Shown in pieces: positions 29,559 through 40,167 of a stretch of 64,000 nt of DNA; within the stretch, counting starts at the first letter, position 1; every line of letters begins with the position of its first letter. The position numbers were made by a program, and so were the translations under genes. Where the stretch lies: assembly GCF_965641715.1 (NCBI RefSeq), contig NZ_OZ282453.1; one strand, given 5' to 3'. The notes under the pieces are model-generated. The model had not been told where the DNA came from. It saw nothing but the letters and a program-made list of their open reading frames with translations, and ran no database searches. The stretch is from Escherichia coli (GTDB lineage: Bacteria; Pseudomonadota; Gammaproteobacteria; Enterobacterales; Enterobacteriaceae).

Positions 29559-30905
29559 ATGGCAACAATGAAAAACAAGGTGATCTGGCAGGAAGGGCTG
29601 TTTGCCCTGCCGCAGCATTTTCAGCAACAGCAGCGTCACTGCGAGTACCTGCTGACCCGTCGTCTGGATGCACTGGGTGATTTTTTCTGGGGCTTTACGG
29701 AACTCTCCATCAATACCGAACTGCTTGCTCAGGGCAAAATTATGATTGACCGTGCGGCGGGCTGCATGCCTGACGGCACCGTATTCAGTATTCCCGACCA
29801 GGATCTGCTGCCGGAACCTTTCCAGCCGGGAACCCTTTCATCGAAAGAGAGCCACAGTATTTATCTGGCGCTGCCGGTGATAAGCGACGTGATCAATGAA
29901 ATCCAGGGGTTGCACAGCGCCGGTCAGGGTACGGAGCGTTACCGCCTCACCCATACCCGCGTCCGTGATTTTCACACTGACGAAGGCGACGAACAGCCAG
30001 TCGGTCTGGGACAGTTGATCCCCAGGATAGTCAGCGGCGCAGATGATCTCAGCGCGATGGTGACTCTCCCCCTGTGCCGTATCCTCAATAAAAATGCCAC
30101 CGGCGCGCTGGTGCTGGACAACACCTTTATTCCCACCATTCAGGCCGTCCGTGTCAGCGGGTTGCTCGGGGCATTCTCCGGCGAGGTGCAGGGACTGCTT
30201 GCCACCCGCGCCGCTGACCTGGCCGGGCGCATTGGTTCGCCTGAACAGAGCGGGATCGCCGATGTAGCCGAATTTATGATGTTGCAGATGCTTAACCGCC
30301 ATCAAATGCAGTTCACGCATCGTTCCCAACTGCACACGCTGCATCCGGAAGCCTTCTACCGGGATCTGGTGGGGCTGCTGGGAGAACTGATGACCTTTAC
30401 CGAAGGTAATCGCCTGCCCTGCACCGTGGAGCCATATAATCACAGGGATCTTACCGCGACCTTCACCAGAACCGTGATCCCGGAACTGCGGCGCGCGCTC
30501 AATACCGTACTGGTGCCGCGTGCGCAGAATCTGCCGCTGTTCTTTTCAGAGGGGACCTGGATCGCCACCATCAACGATCCCACACTGTTGCAGTCCTGCA
30601 AGCTGGTACTGGCAGTGCGCGCCAGGATGCCCTACGACCAGGTACAACGCCAGTTCATCCAGCAGTCGAAAGTGGCCGCTACCGACAAAATCCGCAGCGT
30701 GGTCAGCGTGCAGGTGCCGGGTATTCCGCTGCACACGCTTACCGCTGCGCCGCGTCAGTTGCCCTGGCATGAAGGTTATGTTTACTTCGAACTGGAAAAA
30801 GGCACCCCAGCCTGGCAGGACGTGATAAAAGCGGGCGCGCTGGCGCTGCATATCTCCGGCACCTTCCCCGATCTGAACCTTCAGCTCTGGGCGATAAGGG
30901 GATAA
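29559..30905 (+). CDS. tssK: T6SS baseplate protein TssK
   Basis: 448 aa, TssK-like N-terminus (VIWQEGLFALPQHFQQQ). Confidence 0.85.
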   Translation: MATMKNKVIWQEGLFALPQHFQQQQRHCEYLLTRRLDALGDFFWGFTELSINTELLAQGKIMIDRAAGCMPDGTVFSIPDQDLLPEPFQPGTLSSKESHSIYLALPVISDVINEIQGLHSAGQGTERYRLTHTRVRDFHTDEGDEQPVGLGQLIPRIVSGADDLSAMVTLPLCRILNKNATGALVLDNTFIPTIQAVRVSGLLGAFSGEVQGLLATRAADLAGRIGSPEQSGIADVAEFMMLQMLNRHQMQFTHRSQLHTLHPEAFYRDLVGLLGELMTFTEGNRLPCTVEPYNHRDLTATFTRTVIPELRRALNTVLVPRAQNLPLFFSEGTWIATINDPTLLQSCKLVLAVRARMPYDQVQRQFIQQSKVAATDKIRSVVSVQVPGIPLHTLTAAPRQLPWHEGYVYFELEKGTPAWQDVIKAGALALHISGTFPDLNLQLWAIRG

Positions 30906-30909
30906 GTGA

Positions 30910-31683
30910 ATGAGCGATATCAGCGATATGGGTGAACCGTCGGTTTTTCCCATGGAGCCGGAGAGCGGAACATCAGGACGTCAGTACCGTCTCGCCCTTC
31001 GCGGCAACAGCCTGAACCCAATGATTGACGCCGCCACGCCGTTGCTCGGCATGGTGATGCGTCTGTCCACCATGAACAGCCAGGCCATGCCAGAACATCT
31101 GTTTGCCCAGGTGGTAACCGATGTCCAGGCCGTAGAACAACTACTCCAGGAACAGGGATACGAACCGGGCGTCATTGTTTCGTTCCGCTACATTCTCTGC
31201 ACGTTTATTGACGAAGCGGCGCTGGGCAACGGCTGGTCCAACAAAAACGAATGGATCAAACAGTCGCTGCTGGTTCATTTTCATAACGAAGCCTGGGGCG
31301 GCGAGAAAGTGTTTATCCTGCTCGAACGCCTTATCCGGGAGCCGATACGTTACCAGGATCTGCTGGAATTTTTATACCTTTGTTTTTCGCTCGGCTTTCG
31401 CGGGCGCTACAAGGTTGCCATTCAGCAACAGGATGAATTTGAGCGGATCTACCAGCGCCTGCACCATGCCCTGCACAAACTGCGCGGCGATGCGCCATTT
31501 CCGCTGCTTCACCAGAAGAACAACATACAGGGTGGGCGTTATCAGTTAATCCGGCGGCTGACCATCAGGCATGTAATGTGCGGAGGTCTTGTTGTGCTGG
31601 CCGTATTTTATCTGTTTTATCTGCTGCGTCTGGACAGCCAGACACAGGATATTCTGCATCAGCTCAATAAATTACTCCGATAA
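30910..31683 (+). CDS. tssL: T6SS membrane protein TssL (DotU-like)
   Basis: 257 aa with a C-terminal transmembrane segment (VVLAVFYLFYLL); conserved position. Confidence 0.8.
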   Translation: MSDISDMGEPSVFPMEPESGTSGRQYRLALRGNSLNPMIDAATPLLGMVMRLSTMNSQAMPEHLFAQVVTDVQAVEQLLQEQGYEPGVIVSFRYILCTFIDEAALGNGWSNKNEWIKQSLLVHFHNEAWGGEKVFILLERLIREPIRYQDLLEFLYLCFSLGFRGRYKVAIQQQDEFERIYQRLHHALHKLRGDAPFPLLHQKNNIQGGRYQLIRRLTIRHVMCGGLVVLAVFYLFYLLRLDSQTQDILHQLNKLLR

Positions 31684-31692
31684 GGACATCTT

Positions 31693-34425
31693 ATGATCCA
31701 GATTGATTTAGCCACGCTGGTAAAGCGGCTTAACCCCTTTGCAAAACAGGCGCTGGAAATGGCTGCCTCGGAGTGTATGAGCCAGCAGGCCAGTGAGATC
31801 ACCGTTGCCCATGTGCTGTTACAGATGCTGGCAATCCCGCGCAACGACGTAAGGGTGATTGCCGAACGCACAGGCATCAGTGCGGAGGATTTACGCCAGG
31901 CGCTGACCGTGGAGAGTTATCCCGGCGGACGTTCCGCCGATGGCTATCCCAGCTTCTCCCCGATGCTGGTCGAATGGCTCAAGGAGTCATGGCTGCTGGC
32001 CTCGGCCCAGATGCAGCACAGCGAACTGCGCAGCGGCGTCCTGCTGCTTACTCTGTTGCATTCACCGCTGCGCTATATTCCACCCGCTGCTGCCCGTCTG
32101 CTGACGGCCATAAACCGCGACCAGTTACAGCAGGATTTCGCCGCATGGACAAAAGAATCCGCCGAATCCGTGGATCTGGCTGGCGGGCAAACGCCCCGCG
32201 CAACGGAAACCAGCGACACCCTGCTTGCCCGCTACGCCAAAAACATGACCGCAGACGCCCGTAACGGCAGGCTAGACCCAGTACTGTGCCGCGACCACGA
32301 AATCGACCTGATGATCGACATTCTCTGCCGCCGCCGTAAAAATAACCCGGTGGTGGTGAGCGAAGCAGGCGTGGGTAAAAGCGCGCTGATCGAAGGGCTG
32401 GCGCTGCGCATCGTGGCAGGGCAGGTGCCGGATAAGCTGAAAAACACCGATATCATGACTCTTGACCTGGGCGCATTGCAGGCCGGAGCATCGGTGAAAG
32501 GTGAGTTTGAAAAACGTTTCAAGGGGCTGATGGCGGAGGTCATTTCCTCTCCGGTGCCGGTCATTCTGTTTATCGACGAAGCGCATACCCTGATTGGCGC
32601 GGGCAACCAGCAGGGCGGGCTGGATATCTCCAACCTGCTCAAACCGGCACTGGCGCGTGGCGAGCTGAAAACCATCGCCGCCACCACCTGGAGCGAGTAC
32701 AAAAAATACTTCGAGAAAGACGCCGCCCTGTCGCGTCGCTTCCAGTTGGTGAAGGTCAGTGAACCCAGTGCTGCCGAAGCCACCATTATTCTGCGCGGCC
32801 TCTCTTCGGTCTATGAACAGTCTCACGGTGTGCTGATTGATGATGACGCCTTGCAGGCCGCTGCGACATTAAGTGAGCGTTATCTCTCCGGGCGTCAGTT
32901 GCCAGACAAAGCCATTGATGTGCTGGATACGGCCTGCGCACGTGTGGCAATCAACCTGTCATCGCCACCGAAGCAAATCTCGGCGCTGACCACCCTGAGC
33001 CACCAGCAGGAGGCGGAAATTCGCCAGCTTGAGCGCGAGCTTCGCATCGGGCTGCGTACCGACACTTCACGGATGACTGAGGTGCTGGTGCAGTACGATG
33101 AAACGCTGACGGCGCTGGATGAACTGGAAGCGGCCTGGCACCAGCAGCAGACGCTGGTACGGGAAATTATCGCGCTGCGCCAGCTATTGCTGGGTGTGAC
33201 AGAGGACACAGATGCCGTAGTGGATACGCCGCCAGAGTCAGAACAGGATAATACCGGTACCGCACCGGCTGATGATGCGGGCAGTACACAGCCGGAAGAG
33301 ACCGCTGAAACAGTTTCCCCGGTGCAGCAGCTAGTACAACTCACTGCCGAACTGGACGCCCTGCATAACGACCGGTTGCTGGTTTCCCCGCACGTCGATA
33401 AAAAACAGATTGCGGCGGTGATTGCCGAATGGACCGGCGTACCGCTTAACCGCCTGTCGCAGAATGAAATGTCGGTCATCACCGACCTGCCGAAGTGGCT
33501 TGGTGACACCATCAAAGGCCAGGACCTGGCAATTGCCAGCCTGCATAAACACCTGCTGACCGCACGCGCCGACCTGCGCCGTCCGGGACGCCCGCTCGGC
33601 GCGTTCCTGCTGGCTGGCCCCAGCGGCGTGGGTAAAACCGAAACCGTCCTGCAACTGGCAGAGCTGCTCTACGGCGGTCGCCAGTACCTGACCACCATCA
33701 ATATGTCCGAGTTCCAGGAGAAACACACCGTCTCGCGGCTGATTGGCTCCCCTCCGGGCTATGTCGGCTATGGCGAAGGCGGCGTACTGACCGAAGCGAT
33801 CCGCCAGAAACCCTACTCGGTGGTGCTGCTCGATGAAGTGGAAAAAGCGCACCCGGATGTCCTCAACCTGTTCTACCAGGCGTTCGACAAGGGCGAGATG
33901 GCAGACGGCGAAGGCCGCCTGATTGACTGTAAAAACATCGTTTTCTTCCTTACCTCCAACCTTGGTTATCAGGTGATTGTCGAACACGCCGATGACCCGG
34001 AAACCATGCAGGAAGTGCTCTATCCGGTGCTGGCGGACTTCTTTAAACCGGCGCTGCTGGCGCGTATGGAAGTGGTGCCATACCTGCCGCTGTCGAAAGA
34101 GACGCTCGCCACCATTATTGCCGGGAAACTGGCCCGCCTGGATAACGTGCTGTGCAGTCGCTTTGGTGCGGAAGTGATTATTGAACCGGAAGTGACGGGC
34201 GAAATCATGAGCCGCGTCACCCGCGCGGAAAACGGCGCGAGGATGCTCGAATCGGTCATCGATGGCGACATGCTGCCGCCGCTCTCGCTGCTGCTGTTGC
34301 AGAAAATGGCAGCCAACACGGCGATTGCCCGTATCCGCCTGTCGGCGGCAGACGGCGCGTTCACGGCAGACGTGGAAGATGCTCAGGACGACGAGTTTGT
34401 CACAAAGGATGAAACGGTTTTATGA
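31693..34425 (+). CDS. clpV: T6SS AAA+ ATPase ClpV (TssH)
   Basis: 910 aa with two Walker A motifs (GEAGVGKSALIEGL and GPSGVGKTE); Clp/Hsp100 architecture. Confidence 0.92.
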   Translation: MIQIDLATLVKRLNPFAKQALEMAASECMSQQASEITVAHVLLQMLAIPRNDVRVIAERTGISAEDLRQALTVESYPGGRSADGYPSFSPMLVEWLKESWLLASAQMQHSELRSGVLLLTLLHSPLRYIPPAAARLLTAINRDQLQQDFAAWTKESAESVDLAGGQTPRATETSDTLLARYAKNMTADARNGRLDPVLCRDHEIDLMIDILCRRRKNNPVVVSEAGVGKSALIEGLALRIVAGQVPDKLKNTDIMTLDLGALQAGASVKGEFEKRFKGLMAEVISSPVPVILFIDEAHTLIGAGNQQGGLDISNLLKPALARGELKTIAATTWSEYKKYFEKDAALSRRFQLVKVSEPSAAEATIILRGLSSVYEQSHGVLIDDDALQAAATLSERYLSGRQLPDKAIDVLDTACARVAINLSSPPKQISALTTLSHQQEAEIRQLERELRIGLRTDTSRMTEVLVQYDETLTALDELEAAWHQQQTLVREIIALRQLLLGVTEDTDAVVDTPPESEQDNTGTAPADDAGSTQPEETAETVSPVQQLVQLTAELDALHNDRLLVSPHVDKKQIAAVIAEWTGVPLNRLSQNEMSVITDLPKWLGDTIKGQDLAIASLHKHLLTARADLRRPGRPLGAFLLAGPSGVGKTETVLQLAELLYGGRQYLTTINMSEFQEKHTVSRLIGSPPGYVGYGEGGVLTEAIRQKPYSVVLLDEVEKAHPDVLNLFYQAFDKGEMADGEGRLIDCKNIVFFLTSNLGYQVIVEHADDPETMQEVLYPVLADFFKPALLARMEVVPYLPLSKETLATIIAGKLARLDNVLCSRFGAEVIIEPEVTGEIMSRVTRAENGARMLESVIDGDMLPPLSLLLLQKMAANTAIARIRLSAADGAFTADVEDAQDDEFVTKDETVL

Positions 34426-35165
34426 GCAGGTTGCGCGTTTTCCGGCAGGCAGGATGGTTTATCGCGGGCCTGATGGCGGGCTTACCCGCCAGTGCCGCGC
34501 CCGCAGAAACATCGTCAATGGCCGGTGCGGCGGTCGCCGTCGCCACCACGCCCCCGCCGGATGCGACAGCCACGTTACAGGCCATGCAGTCCTGTCGGCG
34601 GGAGTCTGCGGCGCTGGAGCGGCTTGACTGTTATGACCGCATTCTTGCACCGGAACAGCCCGGCTTCGGCAACGCCGCACTGGTCAAAGCCAGCTTTGTG
34701 GGCGAAGCCTGGACCCGCGCCACAGAGCAGGAAAAACGCCGCCAGGGCAACACCACGGAGCTGCTGGCGACGCAGGTGCCGGGGGAACGCCCGACGGTAG
34801 TGATAACCACCCCGGATATCGGCCATGTTCCGCCGCGCCCGGTGCTGATGTTCAGTTGCGTGGACAATATCACCCGGATGCAGGTGGCGCTGATGCATCC
34901 TCTGGATGTTCATGATATCGCCGTCACCCTGAATGCCGACAACCGGGCATTGCGCAGCCACTGGTTTGTGCGCGAGAACGGCACCCTGCTGGAGTCCAGC
35001 CGGGGGCTGTCCGGGATTGATGAAATTAAGCAACTGTTCGGCGCAAAAACGCTGACGGTGGATACCGGCGCAGATAACGCCGCCGGAAAGCTGACCTTTA
35101 ACATTGACGGATTGGCACGGGTTATTGCGCCACTACGCGACGCCTGCCACTGGGCGGGAGAATAA
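34422..35165 (+). CDS. T6SS-associated secreted protein (VasI-like position)
   Basis: 247 aa with N-terminal signal peptide; translationally coupled to clpV (ATGA overlap); assignment by position relative to the Vibrio vas gene order. Confidence 0.45.
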   Translation: MSRLRVFRQAGWFIAGLMAGLPASAAPAETSSMAGAAVAVATTPPPDATATLQAMQSCRRESAALERLDCYDRILAPEQPGFGNAALVKASFVGEAWTRATEQEKRRQGNTTELLATQVPGERPTVVITTPDIGHVPPRPVLMFSCVDNITRMQVALMHPLDVHDIAVTLNADNRALRSHWFVRENGTLLESSRGLSGIDEIKQLFGAKTLTVDTGADNAAGKLTFNIDGLARVIAPLRDACHWAGE

Positions 35166-35169
35166 GAAT

Positions 35170-36612
35170 ATGGAAATGGACTTACGTAATCCTGATGTAT
35201 GGCTTGCACACCTGCTGGAAAACCTGCCGGAAGATAAGCTGTCCGCCGCGCTGGACGATGGCAATACTGACTGGGAGTTTATCGACAGCGAAATCGTCAA
35301 GCTCGGCTCACTGGCGCACAGCCAGCTTGATATCCCCGAACTTCAGCGCCGGGGCCTGATGCTTCTGGCCTCAGAAACCAAAGATTTTCGCCTGCTGGCC
35401 CACCTGCTGCGTACCCTGCAACATGACGGTGATATTCTGCTGGCCTCCAGGATACTGACACAATATACAGAGCACTACTGGACATGCGCCGCACCGCAGA
35501 ACATGGCCCACAAAAAACGCTTTGCCGCCCAGGTGATAAAACGCTTTGAGTCTGCCGTTCAGGACTTTGCCGGGAATGCTGCGACAACACAGCGCGATGC
35601 TTTGCTGGGAGAGCTGGCTAAACTGGCACAGTGCTGGCAGGCGCACAACGCGCCGGAGTTGGCTAAGGCGACAGACGATTTATTTGCTCTGTTTCAGCGC
35701 GCGTTTCGTGATGTCGCGCCTGAAATGCCATCATCTGCACGAACCGCCTCCATTGCGCCGCAGGCCACGGCCGGATCTGTACCGGATATGTCACCGCACA
35801 CGGTTGCCGCTCAGCCTCCTGTTGCAGCCACTCCAATCCCGCAGGTCACTGTTGACAGCCACGACGATAAAGCATGGCGCGACACCCTGCTGAAGGTGGC
35901 CGCCATTCTCTGTGAGCGCCAGCCGGAGTCACCGCAGGGTTACCGACTGCGCCGCCATGCGCTGTGGCAGACCATCACCAGTACCCCGCAGGCAGAAAGC
36001 GATGGCCGGACCCCACTGGCAGCCTTCCCTGTCGATATGATGGATGATTACCTGGCGCGTCTGAACAATGCCGACATGGCGCTATGGCAGCAGGTGGAAA
36101 AAAGCCTGCTGCTGGCCCCGTACTGGCTGGACGGCCATTACCTCTCAGCACAGACCGCGTTGCGCCTTGGTTATATACAGGTGGCGGATGCTATCCGTGA
36201 TGAAGTTACCAGTTTTCTTGCTCGCCTGCCCGCACTGCTCAACCTGTTGTTTAACGACCGCACTCCGTTTGTGTCCGAACAGACGAAACAGTGGCTGGCA
36301 TCACCGGGCTCAGGCAACCAAACCGCAGCAGCTGTACAGACCGATGAAGAATTACAGGCGGCCAGGGCGTGCTTCGATGAGAACGGGCTGGAAACCGCGC
36401 TGCGGTATCTGGAAAACCTGCCCGAAGGTGATCCCCGTAACCAGTTTCATCGCCAATTTTTCGGCGCGCAGTTACTGGAAGAAGCCGGTATGGTTCAGCT
36501 TGCACAACAGCAGTACCGGATGCTCTTCAAAACAGGCTTACACATGATGCTACCCGAATGGGAGCCTTCCCTGCTGAAAGCGCTGGAACAAAAACTCACG
36601 GCAGAACAGTAA
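35170..36612 (+). CDS. tssA: T6SS protein TssA (ImpA N-terminal domain)
   Basis: ORF 35104..36612; start placed at ATG 35170 (MEMDLRNPDVW) after the upstream stop; ~480 aa. Confidence 0.78.
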   Translation: MEMDLRNPDVWLAHLLENLPEDKLSAALDDGNTDWEFIDSEIVKLGSLAHSQLDIPELQRRGLMLLASETKDFRLLAHLLRTLQHDGDILLASRILTQYTEHYWTCAAPQNMAHKKRFAAQVIKRFESAVQDFAGNAATTQRDALLGELAKLAQCWQAHNAPELAKATDDLFALFQRAFRDVAPEMPSSARTASIAPQATAGSVPDMSPHTVAAQPPVAATPIPQVTVDSHDDKAWRDTLLKVAAILCERQPESPQGYRLRRHALWQTITSTPQAESDGRTPLAAFPVDMMDDYLARLNNADMALWQQVEKSLLLAPYWLDGHYLSAQTALRLGYIQVADAIRDEVTSFLARLPALLNLLFNDRTPFVSEQTKQWLASPGSGNQTAAAVQTDEELQAARACFDENGLETALRYLENLPEGDPRNQFHRQFFGAQLLEEAGMVQLAQQQYRMLFKTGLHMMLPEWEPSLLKALEQKLTAEQ

Positions 36613-36631
36613 AAGATAACAAGGAGTTACA

Positions 36632-39600
36632 GTGTTCAAATTTCCCACATCCCGACTGTTCAGCACGTTGAAATCTGCGCTCAGGCCAGCGATGCCGCGG
36701 TTTAAAGTTTCCGCCACCTGGCTACTGATGCTGGCATGGTTTTTTCTGCTGGTATGGATCTGGTGGCAGGGTCCGAAATGGACGCTCTATGAGCAGCACT
36801 GGCTGGCTCCCCTGGCAAACCGCTGGCTTGCGACTGCCGTCTGGGGACTTACCGCTCTGATCTGGCTCACCTGGCGGGTAATGAAGCGTCTGCAAAAGCT
36901 GGAAAAACAGCAGAAACAGCAGCGGGAGGAAGAAAAAGATCCGCTGACCGTGCAACTCCACCGCCAGCAGCAATATCTGGATCACTGGCTGCTGCGCCTG
37001 CGCCGCCATCTGGATAACCACCGCTATCTGTGGCAACTGCCGTGGTATATGGTCATTGGACCTGCCGGTAGCGGTAAAAGCACGCTGTTGCGTGAGAGCT
37101 TTCCATCTGACGTTATTTACACGCCGGAAAGCATCCGGGGTGTGGAATACCATCCGCTGATCACACCGCGAGTGGGCAACCAGGCGGTGATTTTCGATGT
37201 TGACGGTGTACTGGCCTCCCCCGGCGGGGATGATCTGCTCCACCGCCGCCTGCGCGAACACTGGCTGGGCTGGCTAATGCAAACACGCGCACGCCAGCCG
37301 CTCAACGGTCTGATCCTGACACTCGATCTTCCCGATCTGCTGACGGCGGATAAACCCCGCCGCGAAGCACTGGTACAAAATCTGCGTCAGCAACTTCAGG
37401 AGATCCGCCAGTGCCTGCATTGCCGGTTGCCCGTTTATGTGGTGCTGACCCGGCTGGATCTGCTGACTGGCTTTGCCGCACTTTTCCATTCGCTGGATAA
37501 AAAAGGCCGCGATGCGATCCTCGGCGTCACATTTACCCGCCGCGCCCATGAAAACGATGACTGGAGCAGTGAGCTGAGTGCGTTCTGGCAGACGTGGGGG
37601 CAACAGATGAACCTGGCGCTGTCAGACCTGATGCTCGTGCAGACCGGTGCTGCGCTACGCAGCGCCGTGTTCAGTTTCTCCCGTCAGATGCAGGGAACGG
37701 GAGAAATCGTCACTTCACTGCTCGCCGCATTGCTGGACGGCGAGAATATGGATGTGATGCTGCGCGGCGTCTGGCTCACATCCTCGCTACAGCGCGGCCA
37801 GGTGGATGATATTTTCACGCAGTCCGCCGCCCGCCAGTACGGGCTGGGCAACAGCTCGCTGGCGACCTGGCCCCTGGTGGAAACAACGCCGTATTTCACC
37901 CGCCGCCTCTTCCCGGAAGTCCTGCTGGCCGAGCCAAACCTTGCAGGTGAAAACAGCGTCTGGCTGAACAGCTCCCGGCGCAGGCTGACCGCCTTTTCCG
38001 CCTGTTGCGCGGCACTGGCGGCATTGCTGGTCGGAAGCTGGCACCATTATTACAACCAGAACTGGCAGTCTGGCGTTAACGTACTGGCGCAGGCTAAAGC
38101 TTTTATGGACGTTCCGCCGCCGCAGGGAACGGATGAATTCGGTAATCTGCAACTGCCGTTACTCAACCCGGTACGCGATGCCACCCTCGCCTACGGCGAT
38201 TACCGCGATCACGGTTTTCTGGCGGATATGGGATTGTACCAGGGCGTCCGCGTAGGGCCATATGTGGAACAAACCTACATTCAGCTTCTTGAGCAGCGTT
38301 ATCTCCCCTCGTTAATGAACGGCCTGATCCGGGATCTGAACAATGCCCCGCCTGAGAGTGAAGAAAAACTCGCCGTGCTGCGCGTAGTGCGCATGATGGA
38401 AGACAAAAGTGGGCGCAACAACGAGGCGGTAAAACAGTACATGGCGCGGCGCTGGAGCAATGAATTTCACGGCCAGCGTGATATTCAGGCGCAACTGATG
38501 GCACATCTGGACTATGCGCTGGAACACACCGACTGGCACGCGCAGCGCCAGAGCGGCGACAGCGACGCCATCAGCCGCTGGACACCCTATGATAAACCGG
38601 TCATTAATGCGCAACATGAACTGAGCAAACTGCCGATATACCAGCGTGTCTACCAGACCCTACGCACCAAAGCATTAAGCGTGTTGCCCGCCGATTTGAA
38701 TTTGCGCGACCAGGTTGGTCCCACCTTCGACAACGTGTTCGTCGCCGGTAATGATGAAAAACTGGTGATCCCGCAGTTTCTCACCCGCTATGGCCTGCAA
38801 AGCTATTTTATCAAACAACACGACGGTCTCGTTGAGTTGACCGCGCTGGATTCGTGGGTGCTGAACCTGACGCAAAGCGTCGCCTACAGCGAGGCCGACC
38901 GTGAAGAGATCCAGCGCCATATCACTGAACAGTACCTCAGTGACTATACCGCTACATGGCGTGCCGGAATGGATAATCTCAACGTCCGTGACTATGAGGC
39001 CATGCCGGCGCTGACCGACGCGCTGGAGCAGATTATCAGCGGCGATCAGCCATTCCAGCGTGCGCTGACGGCGCTGCGCGATAATACACACGCGCTGACG
39101 CTCTCCGGCAAACTGGATGATAAGGCGAGGGAAGCGGCGATAAATGAGATGGATTACCGCCTGTTATCCCGGCTGGGACATGAGTTCGCGCCGGAAAATA
39201 GCGCACTGGAGGAGCAAAAGGACAAGGCGAGTACGCTACAGGCCGTGTACCAGCAACTGACCGAGCTGCACCGTTACCTGCTGGCGATTCAGAACTCGCC
39301 AGTGTCTGGGAAATCGGCGCTGAAAGCTGTACAGCTACGGCTGGATCAAAACAGCAGCGATCCAATCTTCGCCACCCGTCAGATGGCAAAAACCCTGCCT
39401 GCGCCTCTTAACCGCTGGGTGGGCAAGCTGGCGGATCAGGCCTGGCATGTAGTGATGGTGGAAGCCGTTCATTACATGGAAGTGGACTGGCGCGACAATG
39501 TAGTGAATCCCTTCAACGAACAGCTTGCCGACAACTATCCATTTAATCCACGCGCCACACAGGATGCCTCACTGGATGCGTTTGAACGTTTCTTTAAACC

Positions 39601-40159
39601 GGATGGCATTCTGGACAATTTCTATAAGGACAACCTGCGACTGTTCCTTGAAAACGATCTGACCTTTGGCGACGACGGCAGAGTGCTGATCCGTGAAGAT
39701 ATCCGACAACAACTGGATACCGCGCAAAAAATCCGCGACATCTTCTTCAGCCAGCAGAACGGGCTGGGCACACAATTTGCCGTGGAAACGGTGTCGCTTT
39801 CCGGCAATAAACGGCGCAGCGTACTTAACCTGGACGGCCAGTTAGTGGACTACAGCCAGGGACGCAACTATACCGCCCATCTGGTCTGGCCAAACAACAT
39901 GCGTGAAGGCAATGAAAGCAAGCTGACGCTGGTTGGCACCAGCGGTGGAGCACCGCGCAGTATCGCTTTCAGTGGACCGTGGGCGCAGTTCCGCCTGTTC
40001 GGCGCGGGCCAGTTGACCAACGTGACCAGTGACACCTTTAACGTGCGCTTTAACGTGGACGGCGGCGCGATGGTTTATCGGGTGCATGTGGATACCGAAG
40101 ATAACCCGTTCACCGGTGGTCTGTTCAGCCAATTCCGTTTACCGGATACGTTGTATTAA
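36632..40159 (+). CDS. tssM: T6SS membrane complex protein TssM (IcmF-like)
   Basis: 1175 aa, N-terminal transmembrane segments, Walker A (GPAGSGKST); likely GTG start. Confidence 0.9.
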   Translation: MFKFPTSRLFSTLKSALRPAMPRFKVSATWLLMLAWFFLLVWIWWQGPKWTLYEQHWLAPLANRWLATAVWGLTALIWLTWRVMKRLQKLEKQQKQQREEEKDPLTVQLHRQQQYLDHWLLRLRRHLDNHRYLWQLPWYMVIGPAGSGKSTLLRESFPSDVIYTPESIRGVEYHPLITPRVGNQAVIFDVDGVLASPGGDDLLHRRLREHWLGWLMQTRARQPLNGLILTLDLPDLLTADKPRREALVQNLRQQLQEIRQCLHCRLPVYVVLTRLDLLTGFAALFHSLDKKGRDAILGVTFTRRAHENDDWSSELSAFWQTWGQQMNLALSDLMLVQTGAALRSAVFSFSRQMQGTGEIVTSLLAALLDGENMDVMLRGVWLTSSLQRGQVDDIFTQSAARQYGLGNSSLATWPLVETTPYFTRRLFPEVLLAEPNLAGENSVWLNSSRRRLTAFSACCAALAALLVGSWHHYYNQNWQSGVNVLAQAKAFMDVPPPQGTDEFGNLQLPLLNPVRDATLAYGDYRDHGFLADMGLYQGVRVGPYVEQTYIQLLEQRYLPSLMNGLIRDLNNAPPESEEKLAVLRVVRMMEDKSGRNNEAVKQYMARRWSNEFHGQRDIQAQLMAHLDYALEHTDWHAQRQSGDSDAISRWTPYDKPVINAQHELSKLPIYQRVYQTLRTKALSVLPADLNLRDQVGPTFDNVFVAGNDEKLVIPQFLTRYGLQSYFIKQHDGLVELTALDSWVLNLTQSVAYSEADREEIQRHITEQYLSDYTATWRAGMDNLNVRDYEAMPALTDALEQIISGDQPFQRALTALRDNTHALTLSGKLDDKAREAAINEMDYRLLSRLGHEFAPENSALEEQKDKASTLQAVYQQLTELHRYLLAIQNSPVSGKSALKAVQLRLDQNSSDPIFATRQMAKTLPAPLNRWVGKLADQAWHVVMVEAVHYMEVDWRDNVVNPFNEQLADNYPFNPRATQDASLDAFERFFKPDGILDNFYKDNLRLFLENDLTFGDDGRVLIREDIRQQLDTAQKIRDIFFSQQNGLGTQFAVETVSLSGNKRRSVLNLDGQLVDYSQGRNYTAHLVWPNNMREGNESKLTLVGTSGGAPRSIAFSGPWAQFRLFGAGQLTNVTSDTFNVRFNVDGGAMVYRVHVDTEDNPFTGGLFSQFRLPDTLY

Positions 40160-40167
40160 GGGGGTTA

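Noticed and set aside
32232-33987. Several 180-220 aa minus-strand ORFs
   Set aside because: Antisense to clpV, an artefact of high GC content.
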